DNA from: a virus
Lineage: Duplodnaviria; Caudoviricetes
Virus record (IMG/VR): IMGVR_UViG_3300020044_006097
Span: 1 to 52,088 of that record
DNA length: 52,088 nt
Direction: 5' to 3' (one strand)
The position numbers were made by a program, and so were the translations under genes. The first letter of the stretch is position 1. Each line of letters opens with the position of its first letter. This document shows positions 31,260 to 39,328 of this stretch, piece by piece. The notes beneath the pieces are model-generated. The model saw only the letters and a program-made list of their open reading frames with translations. It was not told where the DNA came from and searched no databases.

Positions 31260-31855
31260 TAGTAATGGTCCTCTTCTATGAAGTAAGGTGCGTTATTTAC
31301 TGGAAAGTCCACATAGATTAAGCCCAGGATATCTGCGCGCTTCTTCATGCGGTGTGCACGTACAGTGGGTAACTGTTTAAGCTCAACACACGCGTTCATG
31401 TTAGTCAGTATAGGATGGACCGCCCTCCCGTGAACCAGTAAAGCCTGCTGATTCATACTTACGTCAAACTGATCTAGGACAGATTCAACTGCATCTATGT
31501 ATTTATTAAGTGGAGATAAAGTTGTTAAGGTAGTATCTATGAACGCATGCTCTGGCTTCAACAGATCAATGAGTAACCCATCATCATTTTCGAGTTTAAC
31601 CCAATCTGACCACCGGTTTAGGAAGTCTGTATCCTCAGATGGGTATGACTGATTAAGCGAGTCAGCAACATTCATATCAAACCTATTTATAAGGAAACTT
31701 TGTAACTTCCCGCTATCCGCCTCTGACCATACAACAATATCGAAATCCTTAGGTGTAGCACCGAAGTAACAGTCCCGTACCGCACCACCTACAATAGCGC
31801 AGGGCACACCTGCTTCAGTGATGATGTTAGCTAATCTTAAAGCTGTCATTTTCAT
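31259..31855 (-). CDS. nucleotidyltransferase (CCA-adding/poly(A) polymerase head domain)
   Basis: IVGGAVRD...PKDFDI signature and FDVSMNQ. Confidence 0.85.
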   Translation of the reverse strand: MKMTALRLANIITEAGVPCAIVGGAVRDCYFGATPKDFDIVVWSEADSGKLQSFLINRFDMNVADSLNQSYPSEDTDFLNRWSDWVKLENDDGLLIDLLKPEHAFIDTTLTTLSPLNKYIDAVESVLDQFDVSMNQQALLVHGRAVHPILTNMNACVELKQLPTVRAHRMKKRADILGLIYVDFPVNNAPYFIEEDHY

Positions 31856-31856
31856 G

Positions 31857-32210
31857 TTAATTTCCTAGTGTTATATACGCGATAAGGGTAAAGACTGCGG
31901 CACATAATAACCAGTTAATGGCATATGCAGTCTGACGACGAAGCTGCTCGTCAGCTAAGTCTTGTTGCAGTACATCATTAGTTGCACGCGCCCACTTAAC
32001 TTGGGCAGTACGTTCCACAACGTATTTATCAGAGCGCCGCTTCCTCTCTTTTAACACGTCGTACTCATCACCAAGGCGCTGGAGTGCATTATTACACTCC
32101 ACTAGTTCATCCTGTTTAGCAGCCAAGGCTAACAGCACGTCGCCTTTAGATCGGCGTTCATCCTCCAACGCTGTGCATAGTTCCGCAATTCTTTCTTCAG
32201 GTGTCTTCAC
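31857..32210 (-). CDS. hypothetical coiled-coil protein with C-terminal TM helix
   Basis: Heptad-rich body and hydrophobic tail. Confidence 0.6.
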   Translation of the reverse strand: MKTPEERIAELCTALEDERRSKGDVLLALAAKQDELVECNNALQRLGDEYDVLKERKRRSDKYVVERTAQVKWARATNDVLQQDLADEQLRRQTAYAINWLLCAAVFTLIAYITLGN

Positions 32211-32536
32211 TAGTCAATCTCCGTTAGTTCAGGTAATGCAGTAACTTCAAAGTCGCGCACTACGTCAATATAAGAGAGTTCGGGTTCATTGCACTTGCGC
32301 AACACCTTAAACTCATACCGGTTGAAGTTACTGTCATACCGCTTCAACAACACCTCACAGTAATCAGCGCCAACATACACAAACGCACCCTGCCCAACGT
32401 CTTCAATAACCCGCTGAAGCACCTGTGCTTGTAGTATGATGCGGTTGTATTCCTCTGTGACCTTAGTGAGTTTGTTATGCAGCACGTCAGCTTTAGCCAT
32501 TAGTGACGCAAGGGTTATTGATTTAGCGCGAGGCAT
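32210..32536 (-). CDS. hypothetical protein (start re-called at 32536)
   Basis: In-frame ATG (MPRAK) minimises overlap with the upstream gene. Confidence 0.55.
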   Translation of the reverse strand: MPRAKSITLASLMAKADVLHNKLTKVTEEYNRIILQAQVLQRVIEDVGQGAFVYVGADYCEVLLKRYDSNFNRYEFKVLRKCNEPELSYIDVVRDFEVTALPELTEID

Positions 32537-32876
32537 AGTTACCCACCATAGCATGATAAGTGCTATCAATCGGTTGCAAACGTGCGGCCCAACCATGTGT
32601 AAACGCCCGCTTGTAAGCCCGCGCTTCGCGTTTAGCCTGCGCCCTGAGCTTTAAGTCTTGCACCTCAGCGGCGGTGCGCTCGGATTTACGTGATGGTACG
32701 TACTTAGTCTGCCGGTGCTGGAAGGCAAAGCGGGTAAGCCAGTTATCTTCATTTGTTGGCGGGAGTGCAGCATGCACTGTGCTATCTCGAAAGCCTGACA
32801 AGCTGAAGTTACCAAGTAAAGCTACAATACGTTTGAAGAATCCAGGAGTACTATTAATGATTGACATAATTACCAT
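32523..32876 (-). CDS. hypothetical protein
   Basis: Co-oriented, tightly packed ORF. Confidence 0.5.
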   Translation of the reverse strand: MVIMSIINSTPGFFKRIVALLGNFSLSGFRDSTVHAALPPTNEDNWLTRFAFQHRQTKYVPSRKSERTAAEVQDLKLRAQAKREARAYKRAFTHGWAARLQPIDSTYHAMVGNYASR

Positions 32877-33346
32877 ACCTTTGAGAGTGTTGAGTGATCA
32901 CTGTGTGTTAAAGCGTGTTCCAACATACCACGCTGATCATCAGGGTGTTGCTTCCACAAATGATAATGCATGATATGCAACCGTAAATCTAAACCGACAA
33001 GCCTAGCGCTATGGTAAGACCAGTGGAGTTCACCATATGCTTCCTGTTCTAGTAAAAAGCTCAGCTTTAGCTCCGATTCTAAGCTGAAATCTAGGTTGTG
33101 CCTCAGGTGCATACTGTCATGCCATATACGGTAATTCCAAATGACCTGTGCCTCCACCATACCCCGCGCTGCAAACATGGTATTCCGACTACCACCGCCA
33201 AAGCACTTAGGCGCACCAGCAGCACGGTCAGCCTGAAGTTCTGCATAACTCGGATTGTACTTACCCATAACCTGAAATGAGCCTACACTATCCGACACCC
33301 AGTCGATTAGGCGACAAGCCTCGCCGTGGCTGATTATAGTGCGCAT
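32870..33346 (-). CDS. hypothetical protein, His-rich (possible metal-binding)
   Basis: NYRIWHDSMH...DFSLESE motif; tightly packed. Confidence 0.6.
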   Translation of the reverse strand: MRTIISHGEACRLIDWVSDSVGSFQVMGKYNPSYAELQADRAAGAPKCFGGGSRNTMFAARGMVEAQVIWNYRIWHDSMHLRHNLDFSLESELKLSFLLEQEAYGELHWSYHSARLVGLDLRLHIMHYHLWKQHPDDQRGMLEHALTHSDHSTLSKVW

Positions 33347-33348
33347 AG

Positions 33349-33624
33349 CTAACCCTTTAACAGTTCGTTAATTGCATATACCTTAGCATTAACTTTCGTA
33401 AGCTCATCCTGCCACTGCATGGCTACTTCCTTAAAGACAGCCTCGATCTTTGCAAAAGTCTCTGGATGTTCATCGCACCGTAACTTGATACTTACACGGC
33501 AGGCGCCTCCATTACGTGGCCCGTATAATTCAATAATAGGGAACACATCCCCCAGTACAGCAGAGGCGTCACTAGTCAACTTTAACAACGTCTCTTGTCT
33601 TTCTAATAGTTTTTCAACTTGCAT
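33349..33624 (-). CDS. hypothetical protein
   Basis: Tightly packed co-oriented ORF. Confidence 0.6.
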   Translation of the reverse strand: MQVEKLLERQETLLKLTSDASAVLGDVFPIIELYGPRNGGACRVSIKLRCDEHPETFAKIEAVFKEVAMQWQDELTKVNAKVYAINELLKG

Positions 33625-33625
33625 A

Positions 33626-34003
33626 TCACAACCCTCTGCACTTAGTACAATTACAATGAATTTCAGCAGCTATGAACGCTTCGATATCTGCCTCCGTATA
33701 ACCAAACAATCTACCCATACGGCGGTGGTATTCCTTAATACCATAGTTACGCACACCATACCCTAATAGGTCTAGGTACTCGTCAATTAGGTGACGGTTC
33801 TTCTTAGATGTGATGATCACTTCACCTTCTGGTGAGTCATACGATTTGTGAATATGGTGCGCTAGCATACCAGCCTTAGCGCAAGACACCGCCAAACTGT
33901 ATAGGATGGGCTGCTTACGCTTTTCTATCGTGGCTAATGGTTTGGTACCAGCCAAGACTAAACGCACCTCATTAGAGGCATGCGGCGCTATACGACCGGT
34001 CAT
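33626..34003 (-). CDS. hypothetical protein with C-terminal CxCxxC
   Basis: GRLFGY..ADI..F motif and terminal Cys cluster. Confidence 0.6.
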   Translation of the reverse strand: MTGRIAPHASNEVRLVLAGTKPLATIEKRKQPILYSLAVSCAKAGMLAHHIHKSYDSPEGEVIITSKKNRHLIDEYLDLLGYGVRNYGIKEYHRRMGRLFGYTEADIEAFIAAEIHCNCTKCRGL

Positions 34004-34338
34004 ACCTCCACCCGCTGAAGATCAGCTAACATCTCCCGTACCTTTTGATCCCACACCCCTAACTCCATGAGTCGAGACTCAATGTTATACGCTGCTTTTA
34101 TAACATCCCCGTACAGCATATGCATAATATGCGCTTCAGCCCGTCGTCTGGCGAGGCCTGTCTCATCATATACATGCTGGGTGTACTCGCAATAAAGCTT
34201 CAGTTCCAAGCAACACACCTGCATAGGCTCATAAGTAGACTTTGCTAGCGACTGCTCGTTAAGCTCCACGAAAGCAGGCATTGGCCCTGCTATACGGCGG
34301 TTAGTACCATAATCCTGTAGCTTTTGCTTCAATTTCAT
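34000..34338 (-). CDS. hypothetical protein (start re-called at 34338)
   Basis: ATGA overlap with the upstream small ORF. Confidence 0.55.
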   Translation of the reverse strand: MKLKQKLQDYGTNRRIAGPMPAFVELNEQSLAKSTYEPMQVCCLELKLYCEYTQHVYDETGLARRRAEAHIMHMLYGDVIKAAYNIESRLMELGVWDQKVREMLADLQRVEV

Positions 34339-34496
34339 GATGGCCACGTCCCGTTTTGTATGAAAAACACTAGGTCTTCGTCATGCCTCTCGCCCAGTAA
34401 CTCTCGGATTGCCGCCGCGTTGTGTGGTGCAAGTGGTGAGTTTCGCCCGAGAAGCACCGCCGCGAGTAGGCTGGTGAGCATTAGGTCCATAGTCAT
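34335..34496 (-). CDS. small hypothetical protein, 53 aa (not in ORF track)
   Basis: MTMDLMLTSLLAAVLLGRNSPLAPHNAAAIRELLGERHDEDLVFFIQNGTWPS; ATGA-coupled at both ends. Confidence 0.6.
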   Translation of the reverse strand: MTMDLMLTSLLAAVLLGRNSPLAPHNAAAIRELLGERHDEDLVFFIQNGTWPS

Positions 34497-35164
34497 GTAG
34501 CCCCCACTTCAATTATATTCGTGTAACCTCGCAACCCTGTGCGTAAAGTGTCAATAGTATAGGCTAATAAATCACGGCGTAAATCACCATATACACCTTC
34601 CCATTTTGGTAGGGTGTGGTAGCAGTCTTGGGCATCTAAACCCTCAACTACACTTGGGACAGGGTACGCGACGCTGCCGCTGTAAAGGGGCCAGCCAGCA
34701 AATACCTTACCTAACTGAAATCTAGCATATACAGGTAACGCCGCGTCAATTAGTGAAGGCTGGCCGCATATACCCCGATTTGGACTTGCAGGCCCATGCA
34801 ATGCCACATCCTCTAAGCACCTTAAAAGGGTATACCAGCTATGTAACTGAAAGCTTATTGATTTTATGCAGTGAGTGAGCAAGTCACGCCGCAACCTACC
34901 GTATTCAGTATTTGCGCTCCAAAGAGCGCCCGCAAAATGTGCTGCACTGTAATCCCCAGCTATAGGAAAAGTGCGAGAACCTGAGTAGTGCAGCCAACTC
35001 TCAAAATGATCCCGTAAACACAATGTTGAACTAACCCAACCGCATATACCAATCTTACCTATTAGAGGATCCCCCAAGGTCACCCTCTCATTCAGCGCCC
35101 GCAACTCACCAAGCGTTCGCACCATTTTCTGAATATCTCTACTTTTAAGGGTTGACATAACCAT
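34493..35164 (-). CDS. hypothetical early protein with two tandem homologous domains (start re-called at 35164)
   Basis: GAGG RBS before ATG 35164; GICG...W..YSGS...P...W...YG.LRRDLL occurs twice. Confidence 0.7.
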   Translation of the reverse strand: MVMSTLKSRDIQKMVRTLGELRALNERVTLGDPLIGKIGICGWVSSTLCLRDHFESWLHYSGSRTFPIAGDYSAAHFAGALWSANTEYGRLRRDLLTHCIKSISFQLHSWYTLLRCLEDVALHGPASPNRGICGQPSLIDAALPVYARFQLGKVFAGWPLYSGSVAYPVPSVVEGLDAQDCYHTLPKWEGVYGDLRRDLLAYTIDTLRTGLRGYTNIIEVGAT

Positions 35165-35351
35165 AATAACCTCTTGTTGGTTGTAAGATTTTAGAGAACG
35201 CCAGTAGCTCAGCATCCGCCGCTTCTTTTGTGCAATGCCGTGCACCCTTGATAGGCTTACCATCAAGGAGTACATCCCAGTTTTTCTCAATACTAAATGG
35301 CCCTTGCACAGTGACAGGGGCTACAGTTAAAACCCGTGCATTAAGCATCAT
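35145..35351 (-). CDS. hypothetical protein
   Basis: 68 aa, ATGA-coupled to radC. Confidence 0.55.
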   Translation of the reverse strand: MMLNARVLTVAPVTVQGPFSIEKNWDVLLDGKPIKGARHCTKEAADAELLAFSKILQPTRGYYGYVNP

Positions 35352-35800
35352 AACAAACCCCGTTGCGCAAAGGAGACGTACTCTTCACCGCACACAATTA
35401 CATGATCTAGCACCTTCACATCTACCAACGATAAAGCATGAACTAGGCGCTCAGTTATTACCTTATCAGCGGTAGATTCTTCAGCATGCCCGCTTGGGTG
35501 ATTATGCCCAAGGATTACAGCCGCCGCGTTGTGTTGTAAAGCAGCCTTCACGACCTCCCGAGGGTACACCGTAGCCCCGTCAATAGTACCTAAGAACATT
35601 TCCTCATAGGTAATCAGGCGGTTCTGGTTGTCCAAAAACAAGACAGCAAAAACTTCCCGCGTTTTCGGGAGTAGGTGCAAACGTAAATAATCAACCACTA
35701 ATTCAGGGCTAGTGAGCGCCGCGCCAGGCGCAGCTAACCGCTGTAATAAAATACGTTTTGCGAGCTTTATTACAGCATACTCATATTGAGTATGATTCAT
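35348..35800 (-). CDS. radC: RadC-family JAB/MPN domain protein (short form)
   Basis: REVFAVLFLD, GTIDGATVYPREVVK.AL..NAAAVILGHNHPSG...S.AD, LDHVIV and SFA.RGLL motifs. Confidence 0.95.
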   Translation of the reverse strand: MNHTQYEYAVIKLAKRILLQRLAAPGAALTSPELVVDYLRLHLLPKTREVFAVLFLDNQNRLITYEEMFLGTIDGATVYPREVVKAALQHNAAAVILGHNHPSGHAEESTADKVITERLVHALSLVDVKVLDHVIVCGEEYVSFAQRGLL

Positions 35801-35803
35801 ACA

Positions 35804-36052
35804 TTAATCCCCCACTGTATAAGTATAGATAAGGTAACGCATAGCAAGCCCTACCCGCCGGTTAATGCGGGCATGTAAAGAGGAACTTGTGTACACCCAT
35901 GAACCATTAAATTTAGCATAGCCGCGATGCGGCTTTACAATCTTTGCTAGCCGTGATGCTGCGAATTCACCGTACTTGTAATGGTCATACACACAGTAAT
36001 CGCGCCGGTAGGTAGCAGTTTTGCTATGACGTGGCATGATTAATCTACCCAA
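35804..36052 (-). CDS. hypothetical protein (true start may be 36034)
   Basis: Co-oriented ORF filling the gap. Confidence 0.5.
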   Translation of the reverse strand: MGRLIMPRHSKTATYRRDYCVYDHYKYGEFAASRLAKIVKPHRGYAKFNGSWVYTSSSLHARINRRVGLAMRYLIYTYTVGD

Positions 36053-36543
36053 TAACCTAGGTCAAACACTTGTTTGAATTTAATTGCTTGTGCAGCCCCA
36101 GCAGCAGCCCCAGCAGCAGCCCCAGCAGCCCTAGCAGCATCCCTAGCAGCATCCCTAGCAGCTACTAGCTGCTCATGTGTGGCCTGTCCGTCTGCATACG
36201 CCCAAGCCACGTCTAGCGCTGCTACAGAACGCGCATCCAACATGAGGTGCTGCACTTGCCTAGCGCACCACACAGCGTATTTGCGGCATAAGGTTTGGTG
36301 TGCAGGTGTATTGACACACCGTAAGGCCCAAAGTGCATCCACCAAATCATTAGACTCTAAAATCTGGGTTATTGGGAATTGTGTATCGCAAGCGCGTTTA
36401 GAGTAAGACAACGGTACATGATCAGCATCTATGCAGTCTGCTAATTCTGCTTTTGTGATTTTACCCTGCCCATGCAATACCTTCGCCCACCCGTCATTAC
36501 ATGGTGAGCACGCTAGAATTTGTTTTAAGGATACAGTAATCAT
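36040..36543 (-). CDS. hypothetical protein with Ala-rich AARD/AAGA repeats (Imm5-like phage family)
   Basis: PC.DGW..., DALWALR, AVWCARQV and AARDAARDAA pattern. Confidence 0.65.
   Translation of the reverse strand: MITVSLKQILACSPCNDGWAKVLHGQGKITKAELADCIDADHVPLSYSKRACDTQFPITQILESNDLVDALWALRCVNTPAHQTLCRKYAVWCARQVQHLMLDARSVAALDVAWAYADGQATHEQLVAARDAARDAARAAGAAAGAAAGAAQAIKFKQVFDLGYWVD
36091..36162. repeat. degenerate 12-bp tandem repeat (GCAGCAGCCCCA / GCAGCATCCCTA)
   Basis: Read directly; encodes the Ala-rich tail of 36040..36543. Confidence 0.85.
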
Positions 36544-36545
36544 GA

Positions 36546-37088
36546 TTAAGCCGCCTCTTGCTCAGTTAATATAGAGCTATCATTGAACGCTGTAGGAACT
36601 GCACCAGCGCCTACAGTACCAGCCAGTACACGCAACTGCAAAAGCTTATCTGCGCCCTTGATGGTCAAACCTTTTTTAGCGGCGGAATCGGCGCGAGTGA
36701 GTAGCGCTTCCATTGCCTTAATTAAATCGAACTCTTCTGAAGGATGCTTCTCAGGTTTGCAGTTGTACCATGGGTTAGCATTAGCCGCTTCTAAATCCAG
36801 CGCCTTGGTGCGATCTAAGATGAACGGCAACTCCTTAGCCTTCAGGCCGGTGTTTACAGTCAGTTGACTGTACTGTACAAACCATTCAGTCAATGCCTTT
36901 GAACGTGCACCTTTAGGCAGTGCCTTAAACAGCTCACACGCCAAGGTTACATCACCATGCTCGGTTGCATGACTGACGCAGGATAATGCAGCCAGTTGAA
37001 TAGAGTCGTCCAGCACCTTACCATCGGCGCGGATGGTGTTAATCAGTTGAGCAATTGCCTTTGCGCCTTTAACTAATGCTATAGCCAT
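36546..37088 (-). CDS. conserved phiKMV-like early protein
   Basis: LDDSIQ...HGDVT...LPKGARSKALTEWF resembles phiKMV gp3 as recalled (not searched); strong GGAGA RBS. Confidence 0.75.
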   Translation of the reverse strand: MAIALVKGAKAIAQLINTIRADGKVLDDSIQLAALSCVSHATEHGDVTLACELFKALPKGARSKALTEWFVQYSQLTVNTGLKAKELPFILDRTKALDLEAANANPWYNCKPEKHPSEEFDLIKAMEALLTRADSAAKKGLTIKGADKLLQLRVLAGTVGAGAVPTAFNDSSILTEQEAA

Positions 37089-37417
37089 GATAAATCTCCA
37101 GTTGTCAATTAGTGAATTAAACTCACAATAAACCCTGATTAATTACATATAGTAAGTCAAGGTTTATCAGGTGTTCAACTCGCCACGATTTGCGCCATGG
37201 CGCTACTAGGTGGCCGATTGTAGGCTATTCGCCCGATATGGTGCCAGTATGCACCGCAAATGCTGCTAACTCATGGTTAGGGTGCTAAGCACTCAACAGC
37301 TACCACTTTGTGCCAGTAATGTTACATAACTAACCCTTAATTAAGGCCTCTAGGGACGCGCCTAGCCGCATATATTAGGTGAAGGTAGGTTACCCTATAG
37401 ATAACTTACTAAATTTA

Positions 37418-37645
37418 TTAGCGAGCAGTTAAAGCGCCGTTAGGTTGCCAGTACAGCCCTGTATTACCGCCTCTGTGCTCCCACCTATCGGAGAGCTTCT
37501 TAGCAGCCTTCCTAGCCTCTGGTGTATTTTCTGAGGTGAGTGCCGCCTTCACCACGAAGTAACGCGCCTCCTTCTTGAAGCGCTCGAACTGACTACGTAA
37601 TTCAGCGGCGCGCTGGGCGCCTGCTTTGCGGGTTGCTTTACTCAT
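37418..37645 (-). CDS. small early protein
   Basis: C-terminal NTGLYWQP resembles a phiKMV early protein as recalled; GAGG RBS. Confidence 0.65.
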   Translation of the reverse strand: MSKATRKAGAQRAAELRSQFERFKKEARYFVVKAALTSENTPEARKAAKKLSDRWEHRGGNTGLYWQPNGALTAR

Positions 37646-37785
37646 AAACTAACCTCGTAATGTACGTAACCAAGCGGGCGGTATAGTTCCCCGTCTGATA
37701 AAGTTACCGCGTCTAACCACCCAAAGCCTAGCGCCCTGAACACATCGAACCGTTCCCACCAATACCCGCTTCTTATGTATGGCAT
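37642..37785 (-). CDS. small hypothetical early protein, 47 aa (not in ORF track)
   Basis: MPYIRSGYWWERFDVFRALGFGWLDAVTLSDGELYRPLGYVHYEVSL; ATGA overlap with the next gene. Confidence 0.55.
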   Translation of the reverse strand: MPYIRSGYWWERFDVFRALGFGWLDAVTLSDGELYRPLGYVHYEVSL

Positions 37786-37991
37786 TTGTATATCACCCAA
37801 TTTGATTTATATAACAGGCCACGGTGATCTTCGTACACATCATAGTGTTTAGTGATACGTTCTAACCATACCCACCTACCATCATGTAACCGTACAGGAT
37901 ACCAAGCAAACCATATAACGCCGTTTTTAATAGACTTTAGGTACTCTTGTTCAAGTGCTTGCTTAGCCTGCCGATCTTCACCCCACCGCAT
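37773..37991 (-). CDS. first early gene, hypothetical protein
   Basis: WFAWYPVRL.DGRWVWLE motif common in small phage proteins; AGGTG RBS. Confidence 0.7.
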   Translation of the reverse strand: MRWGEDRQAKQALEQEYLKSIKNGVIWFAWYPVRLHDGRWVWLERITKHYDVYEDHRGLLYKSNWVIYKCHT

Positions 37992-38012
37992 AGTGTCACC
38001 TATTTGATTGTT

Positions 38013-38095
38013 ACATTTTAAAGTGCCTCTAACTACCGACCTAAAGGACAGCTATATCTATTGGCTTAATCGTGCTAGCAGGCACTTTAAAATGT
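38013..38095 (-). promoter_or_regulatory. 16-bp perfect inverted repeat, probable RNase III processing stem
   Basis: ACATTTTAAAGTGCCT (38013-38028) pairs with AGGCACTTTAAAATGT (38080-38095), just upstream of the first gene. Confidence 0.6.
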
Positions 38096-38381
38096 GTCTA
38101 GAGATAACAGGCTCCCTAGACTAATCGCCGGTTTTCGGTGGCTAAAGGTCACCAAGGCTTGTAGCTAACAGTATTACTACTGCGCTTCCGTAAGGAACGT
38201 ATTCCCGAGTTTGATGCAATCGCTCTCTGCCTCTTGCCTGTTACTAGTGCAGGCTGCCCCACTGTCTCTAGTCTCTCACCGTTCACGCTATACCGCTTGC
38301 ACCTTGCAGCTTGGGCGGTTAGTCCGTGTCTAGTTATCAGACCACCTAGTCAACATCACTAGGGTTTGTTTACTTGAGTTA

Positions 38382-38410
38382 AGCTTAAACCCGCTGAATG
38401 TATCTGTCAA
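38382..38410 (-). promoter_or_regulatory. sigma70 early promoter
   Basis: TTGACA-17 nt-TAAGCT with an AT-rich UP-like tract upstream. Confidence 0.8.
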
Positions 38411-38505
38411 CAAGTAAATTAATTTATTTATCGACTGCATTATCTAGCGGGAGTGCAAGCAGCTTACCTAATCCCTTGCTTGCCTTGTGTCCTTGTATGT
38501 TGCTT

Positions 38506-38533
38506 AGTATAAACAATCGGTGCTTACTGTAAA
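38506..38533 (-). promoter_or_regulatory. second sigma70 early promoter
   Basis: TTTACA-16 nt-TATACT. Confidence 0.55.
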
Positions 38534-38598
38534 CCTAATAATAACTATAGTAATTGATGTATCTAATAGCTTAACTCTATACCTAATCAATAACTCTA

Positions 38599-38676
38599 TA
38601 TAAATCAATAACTTATACTATAAGCATAGTATATTATTAATACTTAATTTAGTACCTTGTAAGTTATTGATTTATA
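38599..38676. promoter_or_regulatory. inverted pair of IHF-consensus sites
   Basis: 17-bp perfect inverted repeat TATAAATCAATAACTTA / TAAGTTATTGATTTATA; each arm matches WATCAANNNNTTR. Confidence 0.65.
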
Positions 38677-38690
38677 AGGATAAAAGAGAA

Positions 38691-38705
38691 AGTCACATAA
38701 GTGGA
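38691..38705 (+). promoter_or_regulatory. putative phage RNAP promoter in reverse orientation
   Basis: AGTCACATAAGTGGA, one mismatch to the four minus-strand copies. Confidence 0.65.
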
Positions 38706-39110
38706 AGAATACCACTTAGAAGAATGAGAAGAGGGATGAGGACAGGGCGAGGGCTGGAAACGACCAATACCACTCTGTACTCTGCTGCGCAGGAAAGCTA
38801 ATAGCTCTATAAGTAATAGATTAAGTAGTAGTTAGATAATAATAATACTTGTATAACTTATGTACTGTACTACTATATATATAAGTAATTAACTAATAGA
38901 GAATATATCTATGTGTGTATTAATCAGTGTATTAACAGTAGTAGCTGTATTATTTGTATTAACTACAGTAGCATTGTATATAGGTTATGTAATAGTTAGT
39001 AAGGTTAGTAACTAATACCGGTAGTAAGTAATCTACTAAGTAAGCTAATAAGTGTTTATAAGTAGATACCAAAGGATGTAAGCGGGATATGTAAGCTATA
39101 TGAATAGGGC

Positions 39111-39167
39111 AAAATAGGTAAGTATCCTAGGTGATAGAAAAAGAGGTAAGCTACCAAAATAGGTAAG
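39111..39167 (+). repeat. three 12-bp direct repeats AAAA(T/G)AGGTAAG
   Basis: Copies at 39111, 39139 and 39156; further GTAAG cores at about 39000-39100. Confidence 0.75.
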
Positions 39168-39328
39168 CATCGCAGCCCTCCTCACCAGCCTTACAATCTG
39201 TACTTGACTACCGCTAGAAGACACAGGAAGCACTAGCACAGCGCCGAAGGCGAGTTACTATAAACTACTGCCTAAGGTACTCAACTACTACTCAACCGCC
39301 TCACGGCGAGCTATAGGAACTACTCACT

